From: the human T2T-CHM13v2.0 reference genome, Homo sapiens
Length of the DNA: 64,000 bases
Assembly: GCF_009914755.1 (NCBI RefSeq)
Contig: NC_060930.1
Reading direction: 5' to 3' (one strand)
The notes beneath the pieces are model-generated. The model saw only the letters and a list, made by a program, of their open reading frames with translations. It was not told the origin of the DNA and ran no database searches. Positions 13,105 to 27,080 of this stretch are shown here, piece by piece. The position numbers were made by a program, and so were the translations under genes. Numbering within the stretch: position 1 is the first letter of the stretch; every line of letters starts with the position of its first letter.

Positions 13105-16100
13105 CACCAGAATCAACAACACAATACTAAAGGAGTACAAAGTTGGAGAACTGACACTACAGAACTTCCAGACTTGCTATGAAGCTATAGAAATTAAGAC
13201 AATGTGGTTTTGGTGAAAAAAATATAGATCAATGGAACAGAATAGAGAACCCAGAATTAGACCCACGTAAATATAGTGAACTGCTTTTTGACAAAGGAGG
13301 GGAGGCAATACAATGAATTGTACAATACAATAAAATCTTTAACGTATAGAATTGAAACAACTGGACATCCACATGCAAAAAAACATGAATCTAGACACAG
13401 ACTTTACATCTATCACAAAAATTAACTCAAAATAAATCACAGACCTAAATGTAAAATGCACAACAATAAAACTCCTAGAAGATAGCATAGAAGAAAATCT
13501 AGATGTCCATTGGTATGACAATGACTTTTTATATGCAATACCAAAGGCATAAAAGATGAAAGAAAGAATTGCTAAGCTGGATTTCATTAAAATTAAAAAT
13601 TTCTGCTTTACAAAAGACACAGTTGCTCATGAACAGGAAGAATCAATATTATTGAAATAGCCATACTCCCCAAAGGAATTTACAGATTCAATGCTATTTC
13701 TCTCAAACTGCCAGTGAAATTCTTCACAGAACTAGAAAAAAAGAGATATTTTAAAATTCACCAAATAAGAGACCAAAAAGCCAAGGCAATCTTAAGCAAA
13801 AAGAACAAAGCAGAAGTCATCCTGCTATACAACTTCAAATTACAAGGCTATAGTAACCAAAAGAGCATGGTACTGGTACAAAAACAGACACATAAACCAA
13901 AGGAACAGAATAAAGATCACAGATATAAGGCCTTACACCTGCAGCAATATGATTTTCATTCAACAAAGGTAACAAAAACAAGCAATGGGGAAAGGACTCA
14001 CTATTCAATAAATAGTGTTGGGATAACTGGCTAGCCATAAGCAGAAGATTGAAACTGGACCCTTTCTGCACATCATATACAAAAATCAACTCAAGATGGA
14101 TTACAGACTTAAATGTAAAACACAAAACTATAAAAATCCTAGAAGACAACCTAGGAAGTACCTTTCTGGGAATAAAAACTTGCAAGGATTTCATGCCAAA
14201 GACACCAAAAGCAACTGCAACAAAAGTAAGAATTGACTAATGGGATCTAATTAAACTTCAGAGCTTCTGCACAGCAAAATAAACTATCGACAGAGTAAAC
14301 AGCCTACAGAATCTGACAAAAATCTAACATCTAGCATCTATAAGGAACTTAAATTTACAAGAAAAAAAACAAATAACCACATTAAAAAGTGGGCAAATGA
14401 CATGAACAGACACTTTTCAAAAGAAAACATACATGAGGCCAACAATTCTATGAAAATAAGTTCAGTTCAGCATCACTGATCATTAGAGAAATACAATTCA
14501 TAAACACAATGAGATACTATCACATACCAGTCAGAATAGCTATTATTAAAAAGTCAAAAAATAACAGAGACTGGTGAGGTTGTGGATAAGAGGGACCACT
14601 TATACACTGTTGGTGGGAGTGTAAATTATTTCAACCATCATGAAAATCAGTGTGGTGATTCCTCAGAAAGCTAAAAACAGAACTGTTATTAGACTCAGCA
14701 ATCCCATTACTGGTTATACACCAAAAAGAATATGACTGTTCTATCATAAAGACGTGTACACATACGTTCACTGCAGCACTATTCACAATAGCAAAGACAT
14801 GGAATCAACCTAAATGCTCACCAACGGTAGACTGGATAAAAAAAATACATATATGGTACCTATACACCATGGAATACTATGTAGCCATAAAAAAGAGTGA
14901 GATCATGTCCTCTGCAGGAACATAGATGGAGCTGGAAGCCATCATCCTTAGAAAACTAACACAGGAACAGAAAACCAAATATCACATGTTCTCACATGTA
15001 AGTAGGTGCTAAATGATGAGAACACATGGACACAAAGAGGGGAACAACAGACCCTAGGGAGGGCCTACCAGAGGGTAGAAGGTTGGAGGAGAGCGAGGAG
15101 TAGAAAAAATAAACTATTAGGTACTAGGCTTAATACCTGAGTGATAAAATAATCTGTACATCAAGCCCCCATGGCACTAGTAAACCAATATATCAAAGCT
15201 GCACAAGTACTCAGGACCCTAAAGTAAAAGTTTTTTTAAAAAAATTTGCTTAAAAGGCATAATCTAGAGAAGTCAAAGAGAAGCTGAAAACCATAACAAA
15301 ATATTTGCAAAATACATATTTGGTAAAGGATTGTTATCCAAATTATAAAAAGAACTCTTAAAATTCAACAACAAGAAAAAAACTCTCATTTAAAAATTTG
15401 CAAAAACCTTAACAAACACTCACCAAAGAAGATACACAGATGCCAATAAGCATATGATAGGATGTTACACATCATATGTCAGCAGGAAAATGTAAACTAA
15501 AACAACAATGAGGTACCACTACACAATATTAGAAAGGCAAAAGTCTAGAACATGAATAATACCAAATGCTGACAAGGATGTGCAGCAACAGGAGCTCCTA
15601 TTTATTTGTGGTGGGAATGCAAATGGTACAACCACTTTGGAAGATAGTTTGGCAGTTTCTTACAAAACAGCATACTCTCTTACCATACAATCCAGCAATT
15701 ATTCTCCTTGGTAGTTACCCAAAGGAGTTGAAAACTTAGGTCCACACAAAAACTTAAAAATTGGTATTTATAGCAGCTTTATTACTAATCACCAAGACTT
15801 GGAAGGAACCAATTTTTTCTTCGTTAGGTGAATGGTAAATAAATGATGGTATATCTAAGCAATGTAATATTATTCAGCACTAAAAAGAAATGATGTTTCA
15901 AACCATGAAAACACATAAAGGAAACTTAAATGCTCATTAAGTCAAAGAAGCCTGTCTGGAAAGACTACATGCTGTGCGATTTTAACCATATGATATTTAG
16001 GAAAAGGCAAAACAATGGAGGTGGTTAAAAGATAAGTTGTTCCCAGGGGCTGTGGGGAAGGAAAGGTGAAAAACTGGATAACAGAGGATTTTTAGAGCAG

Positions 16101-16405
16101 TGAAACTACTCTATATGATACTTTAAAAGTAGATATATTTCACCATAAACTTGTAAGAAAACAACCCATAGAATATACAACACCAAGCGTGAACCCTAAT
16201 GTAAACTATGGACTTTGGGTGATAATGATGTATCAATGCAGACTCATCAGTTGTAATGTATGTACCACTGTGGTGGGGGATATTAATAATGGGGGAGGCT
16301 ATCAATGTGTAGGGACAGGGAGTATAGGAGAAATCTCTGTAACTTCTGCACAATTTTGCCATAAACCTAAAATTGCTATATAAAAAACTGTCTATTTTTT
16401 AAAAA
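13105..16405 (+). mobile_element. L1MB-like 3' portion (13105-13620 and ~15255-16405), split by a younger L1
   Basis: ORF2 end motifs resume after the insertion; 3' UTR aaccctaatgtaaactatggactttgggtgataatgatgtatcaatg...ctctgtaacttctgcacaattttgc. Confidence 0.8.
13621..15250 (+). mobile_element. L1PA13-16-like 5'-truncated L1
   Basis: ORF2 C-terminal remnants (ORF track 13714, 14049); 3' UTR actattaggtactaggcttaatacctgagtgataaaataatctgtaca. Confidence 0.8.
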
Positions 16406-16812
16406 AGGACATAGAGTGAAAATTCTTCTCACTCCTGACCCCAAATCATCTAGATTTCTTCCTTAGAGACAAGTTATGCATTTTTATTTTATGCATAAAT
16501 AAATATAAATATACATTTTTTCATCATTTTTACACAAATTATACTTTACAAAAAATTAGGATCTCCTACTTTTAAAAACCTAATGATGTTTCAGTACTCA
16601 AAGATCTTCTTTATTTTTATAGTGATGTATTATTCCTTTGTGCTGATGGACCACAATTTATTTAAGCAGTCCTGTTTATGGTCATTTAGATTACATCAAA
16701 TGTTTTGCAATTCCATGTATATTTATAGTTTATAATCCTGTGAATTCCAAAAAGAATTCAAGCAATAATACAAGGTGCTATAAAAATAGAAAGGTAGGCA
16801 GGCAGGTAGATA

Positions 16813-16813
<1 letters not shown>

Positions 16814-16853
<40 letters not shown>

Positions 16854-16865
16854 CAGACAGATAGA
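16814..16865 (+). repeat. Compound tetranucleotide STR [TAGA]10[CAGA]2 TAGA
   Basis: Read directly from the sequence. Confidence 0.97.
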
Positions 16866-19800
16866 TACATAATTTTCCAAAATCCCAGCACCCAGAGACA
16901 ACATATAACAACTGATTCATAAACAAACTTCCATACATCTGTTTTCAAAGACACAGTTGGGTATATATTAGAATAAGCATTTCTATTCTAATAGTGGGAG
17001 AAGCATAAAAATTAATGCAAAACAATTTAGGCCTGAATATATAATAAGAGAGGCTTCATAATGTAATCTAAAACCAGATAACAAGTAAGCTTTTCTTATT
17101 ATTATAATCCAATTTGCAAGAAATAGAGTCAAAGCCATATTTACAGAGATAGATGAATTTTCCCCATAATGCACTTTAGTGAGATTGGGAAGAAATTTTA
17201 CCTTGCAACTTTGCTTACTTGCTGTTCTGAGCTGAACCCAGTTTTTTGGTTCCCATCTCCTCCTAGTTCTTGGTTGATTCTGGATTTTTGTGGAACACAT
17301 CCACAAATATCTAACTATAACAGAGTACATGGGAAGTAAATTTTCTGACTGCTGTGGGTCAGCAAATATCCATATTCTTTCTTTATAATTATACATAGTT
17401 TGATACAGAGCTGTCTGATTTCAGATTTTAAGGTAAAAATTATTTTCCTTAGAACTGCTAAGGCTTTGTTTCATTACCTTTCAGCTTCCTAGTTTGTTTT
17501 GGAAAATCTGTGCCTGTGTGAATCATGTAGTTTCACAGATAATATATTTTGATTTTATTTTGCATGTAAGTCTGTGATGGTTTGTAACAAGCAACTGCTA
17601 CACTGGATTCCACAGACCTAGAGCCTTATTACCTTCATGTCTGGGAAAATTTCTTCTATTATTTCTTTGATACTTTTTTTCTCTTGTTTTTCTTTCTTGT
17701 CTTTTTTGAGAATTCCAATTTTTTAGATATTGAAGTTTAAAGAATAACCCTCCATAATTTTTATCTTTTTATCTTTTTGTTCTACTTACTAACAGATTTC
17801 TTTCACCGTAATCCTAGCTTTTCTGCTGACCCTTTTTTAAATTCAGGAATTGTTCTCTGTTTTTTTTTTTTTTTCTTGGTCACAATGTATTGGTCTTTTT
17901 AAGAAACTATTATTCAATACCTTTATGGATATCTTCTACTAGAACTTCATTATGTCTGGCTACCCTAATGTTGGTTTGCTTTGTTTTGCTTCGGTCTCCC
18001 TCTTTCATGGTGAAGAATTTCTTCAAGTGCTTGATAATCTTTGATTCACTATTCATAGCTGTAAGACATTAAACAGCTAACTGAGAGCTTTGAATTTCCG
18101 AATTATTGACCTTTTCACTTGGTTTTAGGGCAATCAGAATGCTAGCCAGCTTGTCAGGGGAGCACAAAATACAGAATATAGAGTTCCTTTCTTTGAGGCC
18201 ATTCACTTTCTGCATAGAAGAAACCTCCGTTCTCCTGCCTGGAATGTTTGAAGACTGGAAGAAGGAGACATCTGGTTGTATTATTACTTATTTTGGGTGA
18301 GGGAATGGCTGTGAGTCAATTTCCCATACGTAAATGTTCAACAAGTCCTCCTATTTTTATCCACATTTTTTACCTTGTACTACAGTTTCTCCTAGATCTA
18401 AGCCTCTAAGAGACAAATTGACTTCCTGTCCATATTCTGCTTTACAGATTTCAAAGCTGTGTCTTTCTTTGACGTGCTACATGAATTATGCTTCCATCCC
18501 TTTTTCATTTAATCTTCCAGATTCATTGAAACCTCTTCATGCCTGAAGCACACTCTCTTGCTCTTCAGCATTTATCTATTACCTATTTTTGTGTAGTATC
18601 TATCTACTTTCGGGGGATTTGTATGTTTATTCCTTTTATGGCATTTCAGGAAGGTCTTCAGAGAAGAAAAGATGAACATATGCCCTCTCTCTCATCTTCC
18701 ATCAGAAGCTTCTGGTTTTTCTTTCTAATCTTAGAGTTTAGAGATAATTATCACTAATATCTAGAACCCTCTTGGTCAACAATCACCTAGATGGTAAACA
18801 CAGGTTCCCAAATACCACCTTTAAAAACTATGGTTTGCGATGATTGCATTCAGTGCTAAGAATATTCATTTTTTGACAGACACCCACATTTATTCTAATA
18901 AAGTGGTCCTTGAATACATTGAGAAATGCTGTCCTAGACAAACTGAAGTTTGACAAAATCTTGTTTAGAATAATTAGGTGAGCAGAGGTGGAAATTTCCA
19001 AATGACTAAGAGATTTTTAATTATTTCCAACGTTGATATTTAGAATTACCTTTATTATATAAATATTATTGTGGTTTGCAACATTTCTACTTTTATTTTC
19101 TCTTTCTGTCCTTATAAATATCATTTTCTAAAAAAACGTTTTGTGGGCATGTAAAAAAGTTGTGTTCTCGTCAGGATAATTTTAATGTGCTTATTAGATG
19201 AATATTAATTGTATTAGTTACATTATTTAAAATACCTGTATCATTACTTATAATCTGTATTCCAAATTTATCAAGAAATCAAAATCTATGTTAATATTTT
19301 CTGCTAGTTTCATTACATGTCTGATTCTTCTTAAAATACCAGAAATTAGCTTTATTTCTGTTGTATGATTTGAAACATGTAAGTTCATTGCATGTTTATA
19401 CAAAAGTATAATTTTTTATCATATTCTTTGTCATTACTTTTAACGTAATTGGTCTTTTTATTTATATATTATGCTTTTAACTTCAATTCAACTTATAGTA
19501 ATCCTACCAATTTTATTACTGATTATTGTTGGGTTTGTATATTTTATTTTTGTACTTATAAACTTTGAGTTATTTCATTTATGTGGTAATTGTTTTTCTT
19601 ATTGACTCAATTTTACATATATATATTTTTAATTATGTTTACCTTAAGATATATATTACATATATTACATAATACTTTATATATATAATCCCATATGCTA
19701 CATGGATTATGTTAGTGGTCTTCTATTTATTATTTTATTTTTATTGTAAATCATTTATTTTTTTCTGTCTTTGGCAAAAAGTCTTTACTTTTTCATTTTC

Positions 19801-20839
19801 CTCTTTAACAATTCAAAATACATGCAGTCTTTTGTGGTTCATTTTTTTTAAAAAAAAGGTAAATACTTTCAAAACTTATACTTAATTTTTTTCTTTAAAC
19901 TAAGAAATTGGAATAGTGCCTATTAATTTCTCAATATAAAAGATATATGTTAGCTCACTTTTTAGATAAATGGTTATGTTTCATTTTGCTTTGTTTTGTT
20001 TAGTTATGATTCTGGATGATGCATATAAATCTAGATATTTGGGTTTCTGTTGTGGTATGTATCTATACTGATGTGGGGTATCGATATGTTTCCTAGGAAT
20101 TCTTAAGTTCAACTGGCACTATGTATACTATTATTATCAGGGGAATAATAAAATGTATATATGCATCCATCAAACATTTATTTTAACTTATTAAGTGTTA
20201 AAATCCATTCTTTCTTTCATTGATCTTTTAAGGTAAGACCAAAATATTTTCTTTGGTCTCCTGATTGAAGTTCCTATTATTTAAGACAAAAATTATGCCT
20301 ATAAAGTGTTGTCTACTATTTTGGGTTTGGATTAATTTAGAATTGAGTATCTTGATGAGATCTGCAAAGCAATGCGCACAGAATTGAGTATGTTTTCATT
20401 TTTTCTATCTTATAGAACGTTGAGTATCTTTTATTTCAATTTACTTTTTCAATCTTCTTAAAGTATTCAACAGTTTTCATAAAGGCAAATACTTGGCTTA
20501 TGTTTATTAGTTGATGTAACACTTATCCTACATAATTACCTTGAAAAGTACAAAGTTTTGGGAACAAACAGAACTAACTGTTACCATACTCCTCAGCTGA
20601 TAGAAGCAGAAATAAAAGACTATTAGCATGAAGGTTACTAGCTGCCAGCATCAGGCAGTATGTTTTACAAAGGAATGAGGATCTAGATAGAGTAGAGGCC
20701 AATAAATTGACTGACTTTTGCAAAACTAGCATATATCTAAAATCCAAAGAATATATTACCTTGATGACTTCATTCAAGTGTACTTCAACCATTGAATACA
20801 TGGATGCATTTTGTTATTGTTCATTGTTTTTCTCAACAG

Positions 20840-21107
20840 CTTGAGTTGCTAAGTATGAGAGTAACAAAGCAGCACATCACGGAAATGCCATTAAAAGATG
20901 TTATTTGTGAAGATAACAGTTCAGTTGAAAAGGCCAACATATGATGAAATATTATTCACCTGTCCAAAAAATTGTGGTAAAAAATTTGCTCAAGCATTTT
21001 ATCCCATATTCCTTACAGTGTTATCATGGAAGGAAGCATACAAGTCCTCACAAAGAGATATTATTGTAAAAGTTTTGAGGATATTTTGAGTAAAATTTCT
21101 ATAACAG
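20840..21107 (+). pseudogene. Exon-like segment (phase 0 to 1) with 3 in-frame stops
   Basis: Acceptor ttgtttttctcaacAG, donor ACAG|GTAAAA; reads LELLSMRVTKQHITEMPLKDVICEDNSSVEKANI**NIIHLSKKLW*KICSSILSHIPYSVIMEGSIQVLTKRYYCKSFEDILSKISIT. Confidence 0.4.
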
Positions 21108-23099
21108 GTAAAAATGTCAGATTGAATGAAACATTTTGTTTTTTAAAAAAACGTATTATTTTAAATAAAAACACTTTTATTTGGCATAGACTTAATTATA
21201 TACATCTCCAAATTCATTAAAAGAAAATTTGATATTTACTTTGACAAATAACAGTAGAATTTTCTCTCGATATCTGAAGTTCCCATATACCACATATCCT
21301 TAAGAAGAAAAAAAATAATATATTGGCAACCTATATCTTGGAATCTAAATAAAATAAGTAACTTACTGTCTTAAATAGTGGAATAATGTTTTTTGACGTT
21401 TACTACTGCTAATAGCAGAAAGCCAATATTACAATGATCTCTGCTAGGCTGCAGGGTTGTGGAGAAGTATAAGATGGCTCCTACCCTAAGTCCACTGAGA
21501 GTCTTATAAAAACAAAAAGGCACGCACTCATGAGAAGTTAATAAACAACCTAAAATAGTATAGGATAAATACCAACCATGCAGTCTAGAAAATGCGGTGT
21601 CAAAGAACTTACCATCTCTACATCCTAACTCATTGAAAATGGAAAATATAATTATGCTTATAAAACATCAATCCACATTCTGTTAAGGATTTAACAACTT
21701 AATTTCTTAGTGGTTGCAGGTGTTTTGCATTTTACCTATGTGACTGCTGAAATAATGTATGCCACCTCTGTGTTAGGCATAGATCAGTTTATGAAACAGC
21801 TATGTAAAAGCATGTGTACACTTCATTGTGCCTGGTAGTTTTACAATTTATGGCCCTTGTAAACTAAGCATCCAAATGGTATGTTGATATTCTTTATAAT
21901 AATAAACCAAACACAGTTACAATTGATATTTTTCTTGGATTAATTTGTTCATTCCAGGATCTATATCTCACGTTGTCTGTTCCATGTCAGAACCCTTTGT
22001 TCTACAAGATTTTTTTCTTGCAGTATTGATCCTTATTGATCTTAACCTAGTACAATCGTGAATAATTAAATATTTTCTCAAAGAAACAAGTATTTCCCTC
22101 TTTTCAATATGACCTTCACCTGATGTTCAAATAGTTCCCGCATTAGTGAGGAATCTTTTTGGTGCAAACTTGACCTCTGTTGTCCTACTTTGAAAACACA
22201 CTTGATTTCTAACAAGAGCTTTTAGAAATGTAACAGTGCTGATTTGTTAGATAATGAAATCCAAATTGTTCTAGAAAAAGGTGCAATTATACAGCACGTA
22301 ATACACAAATAAATTGACTTAATGTTACATTATAATGAAAACTGTGCAAAATCCTCTACACAGCACAATAAAATAATAAAAAGTAATAGAACAGGTAATA
22401 GATGTAAAATAAATGCTAAAAAAGTAGTTCAAATCATTTTCATACCAGTCAAAAGATACTGAGGAGGGCGCATCCAATCACAATAAAACACCAGAATGAA
22501 ACACTTCTAAATAGTAATATAAATTTTTGTGGACACTTCATGTCCCATGATGTGGAATTGACATATAGTTTGATTTTCTTTTTCCTAATGTAAGCCACAG
22601 TTTTACAGTCCTAGTGAAAACATTTTATTGCTGGGGATGTATTAGACATGGTTCATTTCCCTTCTCAGTATGGCTTTAATTTTCCACATCCATGGCTTGA
22701 CACAGACCCAAACACCAGAAGATGGTTGTCTGCTATAAACTGTTTGGTTTTCTTTGATTGCTTTACAATTTAATCTATAGTTCATTCCATTAACCCTTTC
22801 CATTTTAATGCTGCCAACTCTCCCAGCTCCTTAATATAAAGATAAACTTCCCCAAACATTTATGTTTATTCTGGTTTCTCATGCCCAGAGAATTATGTGC
22901 TGTGAGGGGAAAAAAGAAAGGAAATGTTTCTTTCCTAGTTAACTTTTTCGAGGCCCTGGGTAATTGCAAAATAATTGGCATATTACAATGAAGGGGGGTT
23001 CCCTTTTGCTTCATAATACATTCATCATTATTCATTCATTGGGTTTGGTTATATTCATACTGATCTGCTGAGCCAAGAAAGTGCCACTGTCATTCTAAC

Positions 23100-23400
23100 T
23101 TTCTCCTCAAATCCCTGATCTTTCGGAGGGTGTGGGGTGGACGGCAGGGAGGGGGAATCCTTTCCCGGCTGCAGTGTTGTCACATCCGATATCCTGTTCC
23201 TTCCGGCAGAGAAAGTGTATCTGGGAGGGTCACTGGATCAGCCTGTGCCTCGGGGCGGCTCGCCTCAAGTACAAAAGACTCAACTCAACTCACGTTAGTC
23301 TTCTAGGTGGCCTATCGGCGGTGACGGACTGCCAGCTTGGGCTGTGGGCGAGCAGTGATGACTGCCTTGAAATGCTAAGTGCTTAATTAAGGACCTTTCA
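23100..23400. promoter_or_regulatory. CpG-retaining GC-rich island; candidate enhancer or weak promoter
   Basis: 13 CpGs counted in 23124-23350 within AT-rich DNA I do not recognise as repeat; ETS motif CTTCCGG (23200-23206), GC box GGGGCGG (23252-23258), TTAATTAA (23383-23390). Confidence 0.5.
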
Positions 23401-24104
23401 TATCAGTTATTGAGGCCTCCATCTCCCATAGCCCTGGGCATTGTACTTTACCAAGGGCTCCCTGGAGCCAGAGCCAACTTTATTGCAGTGACAAGTAGAG
23501 AAAGAGAGAGAGAAACAAGTGGTTTCAATCCTCTCACAGCATTCCCCAAATCTAAATACAATCCGACAGCTGACTAGTCATAGTTGGCCGACTCCTAAAA
23601 ATATTCTTTTTTCATGTTCATGAAAATATGGCATACTTGTGTCACACTCTCAGTGATGGATCCTGGAGTCCTCCACTGAGAACAATCTCATTGTCGGCAG
23701 CCAGGTAGCAACCACTGGGCAAATGCCATTCTTCCCCCTTGTTCACAAGACTGCTGCACCGCATGGAGGTTATATTTTTAAAATATGCAGAGATGGTTTA
23801 ATCTGATGCCTTTCCATCCTCCAAACCCTGTTTTCAATGGCACTGCTATTATTTTTAACATCTATTATGTTACAATAATGTAGGATGGTGAACAATTCTG
23901 CCTATAGATTTATAAACTATTTTGCTCTTCTACAGTGATACCTCTAAGTTAACTACTTATAAAGACTTCTGTGTAGCTCCATTGCCAAATACGTATGAAG
24001 TTGTCAATTAATGTGAGGTAATTAAAAAAAAAGCTACAGCTGCTGGTGGTATCTGCTATGTTGGTTAATAGCAAAATAACTGATTACTGACAGGTAAGAC
24101 ACAA

Positions 24105-24735
24105 TTAATTTTTTTCCAGCTTTATTGAGGGATACGAGTGAGGAATATAGATAAATATTTAAGATGTACAATGTAAAGTTTTGATATACTTATACATTGG
24201 ATGAGGATTAACAAAGTCAAGCTAATTAACATATCTATCACCTAACATAGTTATCATTTGTGTTTGTGTGTGTGTGTGTTAAGAACACTTAAGATCTACT
24301 CACTTAGCAAATATCAAGTCTACAATACATTATTATTAACTATAGTCACCATACTGAACAATAGATCTCCCAAACTCATTCATGTAACTAACCTTTTGTA
24401 CGCTTTGGCCAACATCTCCATTTCCTCCACCTCCCAGGCCCTGGTAACCACCATTCTATTCTATTTCTATGAGTTCAATCTTTTTAGATTTCTTTTGTAA
24501 GTGAGATCATGCGGTATTTGTCTTTCAGTGTCTGGCTTGTTTCACTTAGCATAATGTCCTCCAGATTCATCCAAGTTGTTGCAAATAGCAGGATTTCCTT
24601 CTTTTTAAAGGCCAAATTATACTCATATACGTGTGGCACATTTTCTTTATTTATCCGTTGATGGACACTTAGGTTATTTCCATATCTTGGCTTTCGTGAA
24701 TAATGCTGCAATGAATATGAGAGTGAAATGCAATT
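24105..24735 (-). mobile_element. L1MA8-10-like 3' end
   Basis: ccagctttattgagg...caagctaattaacatatctatcacct...gaacacttaagatctactc...gtgagatcatgcggtatttgtctttc. Confidence 0.85.
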
Positions 24736-25149
24736 ACTTTTTTTTAAGTACAGAATGAGGAGTACAGATTGCGTACAAGCCTGATGAGGTAAAAATTCAA
24801 AGCCTTCATTCATATAAGAAAAATAGACTACTGTTGTTTAAAAGACACATTTAATAAAATTATATACATATTTAAAATTAAAATAGCAGAACTATCATTA
24901 AATGATTTTTGTCTGTAACTTGAAGTGTACATATACTGGCAAAGGCAGCATCTGTAAAACAATGTGTTTGACCTTACACTGCAGTACTGATGCATCCTCT
25001 CCAAATTTCTTGAACCAAAAGGACACATAAAATGTTTGGGGATCACTTTCTCTACTCTGCATAGAGCCACATGAAAAGATTTTTCTTAATGTTAGAATGT
25101 CTCCAAGTCAAATGTTAAATTATCTCTTCGTACACTTTGGGTTCATTTA

Positions 25150-25468
25150 ACTAATTTAATTTTTTATTCTATTTATTTACTTATTTATTTTAGATGGAGT
25201 CTCACTCTGTAGCTCAGGCTGGAGTGCAGTGGCACAATCTCAGCTCACTGCAAACTCCACCTCCCAGGTTCGAGCAGTTCTCTGCCTCACCCTCCAGAGT
25301 AGCTGGGATTACAGGTGCCTGCCACCATGCCCAGGTAATTTTTGTATTTTTAGTAAAAACAGGGTTTCACCATCTTGGCAAGGCTGGTCTTGAACTCCTG
25401 ACCTCATGATCCACACCTTGGCCTCCCAAAGTGCTGGGATTACAGGCGTGAGCCAGCACGCTCGGCCC
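25150..25468 (-). mobile_element. AluS
   Basis: Full reverse Alu dimer with (TTTA)n tail. Confidence 0.95.
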
Positions 25469-25961
25469 AATGTTTTATTCTTTCACTGAGAAATTTTAAT
25501 ATAGGTATATGTTATTGTCATATTTATACACATATAAATAGCTGCATATTAATATCTACAAAGTAATAATAGATTTGTGTTATATTTTTCAGGCAAAATA
25601 AAGTAGCCATGTGAACAACAGTTCATGAAATTCAGCCTCTGGAGACAGATGAAATTTTAATGTTGACACTTTCTATTGGTTCTAAATGGTCAGGCTAATT
25701 GAAGGATTGGGATGGGGGTCATAATATCATCTCTATTTGTTTCAGGGATGACTAAGAGAGGGCACTTGTATGATTTACCGTGTATGAATCAATCAGAAGT
25801 GGATTTTAACTCTTAAGGTGTCAGCCTTCAGTACTGTGCACATCCATCAAATTTTAATATTTTTACCTTGGGATACTGAGTAAAACTATCCACTTTGGAA
25901 GAGACTTTTATCTAAACTTATGCTTCAGCACACAAACCTCAGTCTCTGCTTCTTCATACAG

Positions 25962-26102
25962 CCTGATGTTGTTGGGATTAGTCATGACATTTTGGGTGAC
26001 AGAAATGACCTGAGCAAGTCAGAGCAATACTTCCTTCCAAACCAAATATTTACGCCACCCACATATTTCCATGCTAGAATTCCAGCAAATTAAATTGCTA
26101 AG
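25962..26102 (+). pseudogene. Exon-like segment, 141 nt (47 codons), single stop
   Basis: Acceptor tgcttcttcatacAG, donor AAG|GTAATT; frame 0 reads PDVVGISHDILGDRNDLSKSEQYFLPNQIFTPPTYFHARIPAN*IAK. Confidence 0.4.
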
Positions 26103-26799
26103 GTAATTGCCTTGAATCTTAGCCCACAGAAACATATATAGCTTAATATCTACAGAAAAGAGCAAGCAGGAAATTTACTTCAGGAAAGAAATATCATGCA
26201 AAAATATTAGAATACGCGTGTTCGCAGCAATTTACTTCTACAGTAAAATCCTATAATTATGTAGAGTCTGTTCTTTAAATAGGTCAGCCCATAGATACTA
26301 TTGATTCTCTATGAACAGCAAAGATGGGAAATCTTGAATTTGTAACTGAGAACTTAATACTATCTAACTTCTAGTTTAATATTGTCAAGCAGCATAGATT
26401 ACATTGAAGGGCTGGTGAGAATATCAAAGAAAATAAAACATGAAAATGCCTAAGACACACACAGTGAACTAATAAATATTACTTTCCCTTCTATTAGGGA
26501 AAAAATAAATAATCTAAGTTCTCCTAAATTTGCTTCATGTATTAGAGAGATCAGTAGCTACCTCAAGACATTTAAGAGATATGGTAGCATATCTCAATTA
26601 TATGGACCTTAAAGGGGATATTTTAGAATTCAAAAAAAATCCAGTTTTATTATCTATACTGCTGTTAGAATTCAGCAGATAATAGTTCAATTTTCCATAT
26701 CTTTTTCTTTAAGTTTGAGTACATGGTATATGGGGTCAAATAGTAAATAGTAACTTGCTTAGCCATGACTTAGCTATATACCAAAGGGCAAAATATTGG

Positions 26800-27080
26800 T
26801 CCTCGTGTCCCAATAAAATGACAATCTGATAGACACAGATATCCACAGAGAAAAGACAATGTGAAGACACACAGCAGGGAAGACAGCCATGTTACTGGTG
26901 TGATATATCAACAGGCCAAGGAATGAGAAGGATTTCTGGCAAACATCAGAAGCTAGAAGAAGCAAGGAAGGGCTCTCCCCTAAAGCTGTCAGAGAGAGTA
27001 TAGCCTTGTCATCCCCTTAATTTCTGACTCCTACCTACAGAATACTGAGAAAATAAACTTTTTTTGTTGCTTTAAGCCAA
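26800..27080 (+). mobile_element. MLT1C-like LTR fragment
   Basis: aatgtgaagacac...ggccaaggaatg...ggcaaacatcagaagctagaagaagcaaggaagg...ttgttgctttaagcca. Confidence 0.8.

Noticed and set aside
16814-16870. Resemblance to forensic locus D3S1358 ([TAGA]n[CAGA]2 TAGA TACAT)
   Set aside because: The flanks differ from what I recall for that locus (no Alu immediately upstream, different downstream sequence).
16983-17396. 137-aa minus-strand ORF
   Set aside because: No recognisable motif or splice context; adjoins degenerate old L1-like sequence; length is compatible with chance.
23936-24093. Exon-like segment with a good acceptor and a CAG|GTAAGA donor
   Set aside because: Stops in all frames and no clear phase fit; could be non-coding or a heavily decayed exon, but I cannot support it.
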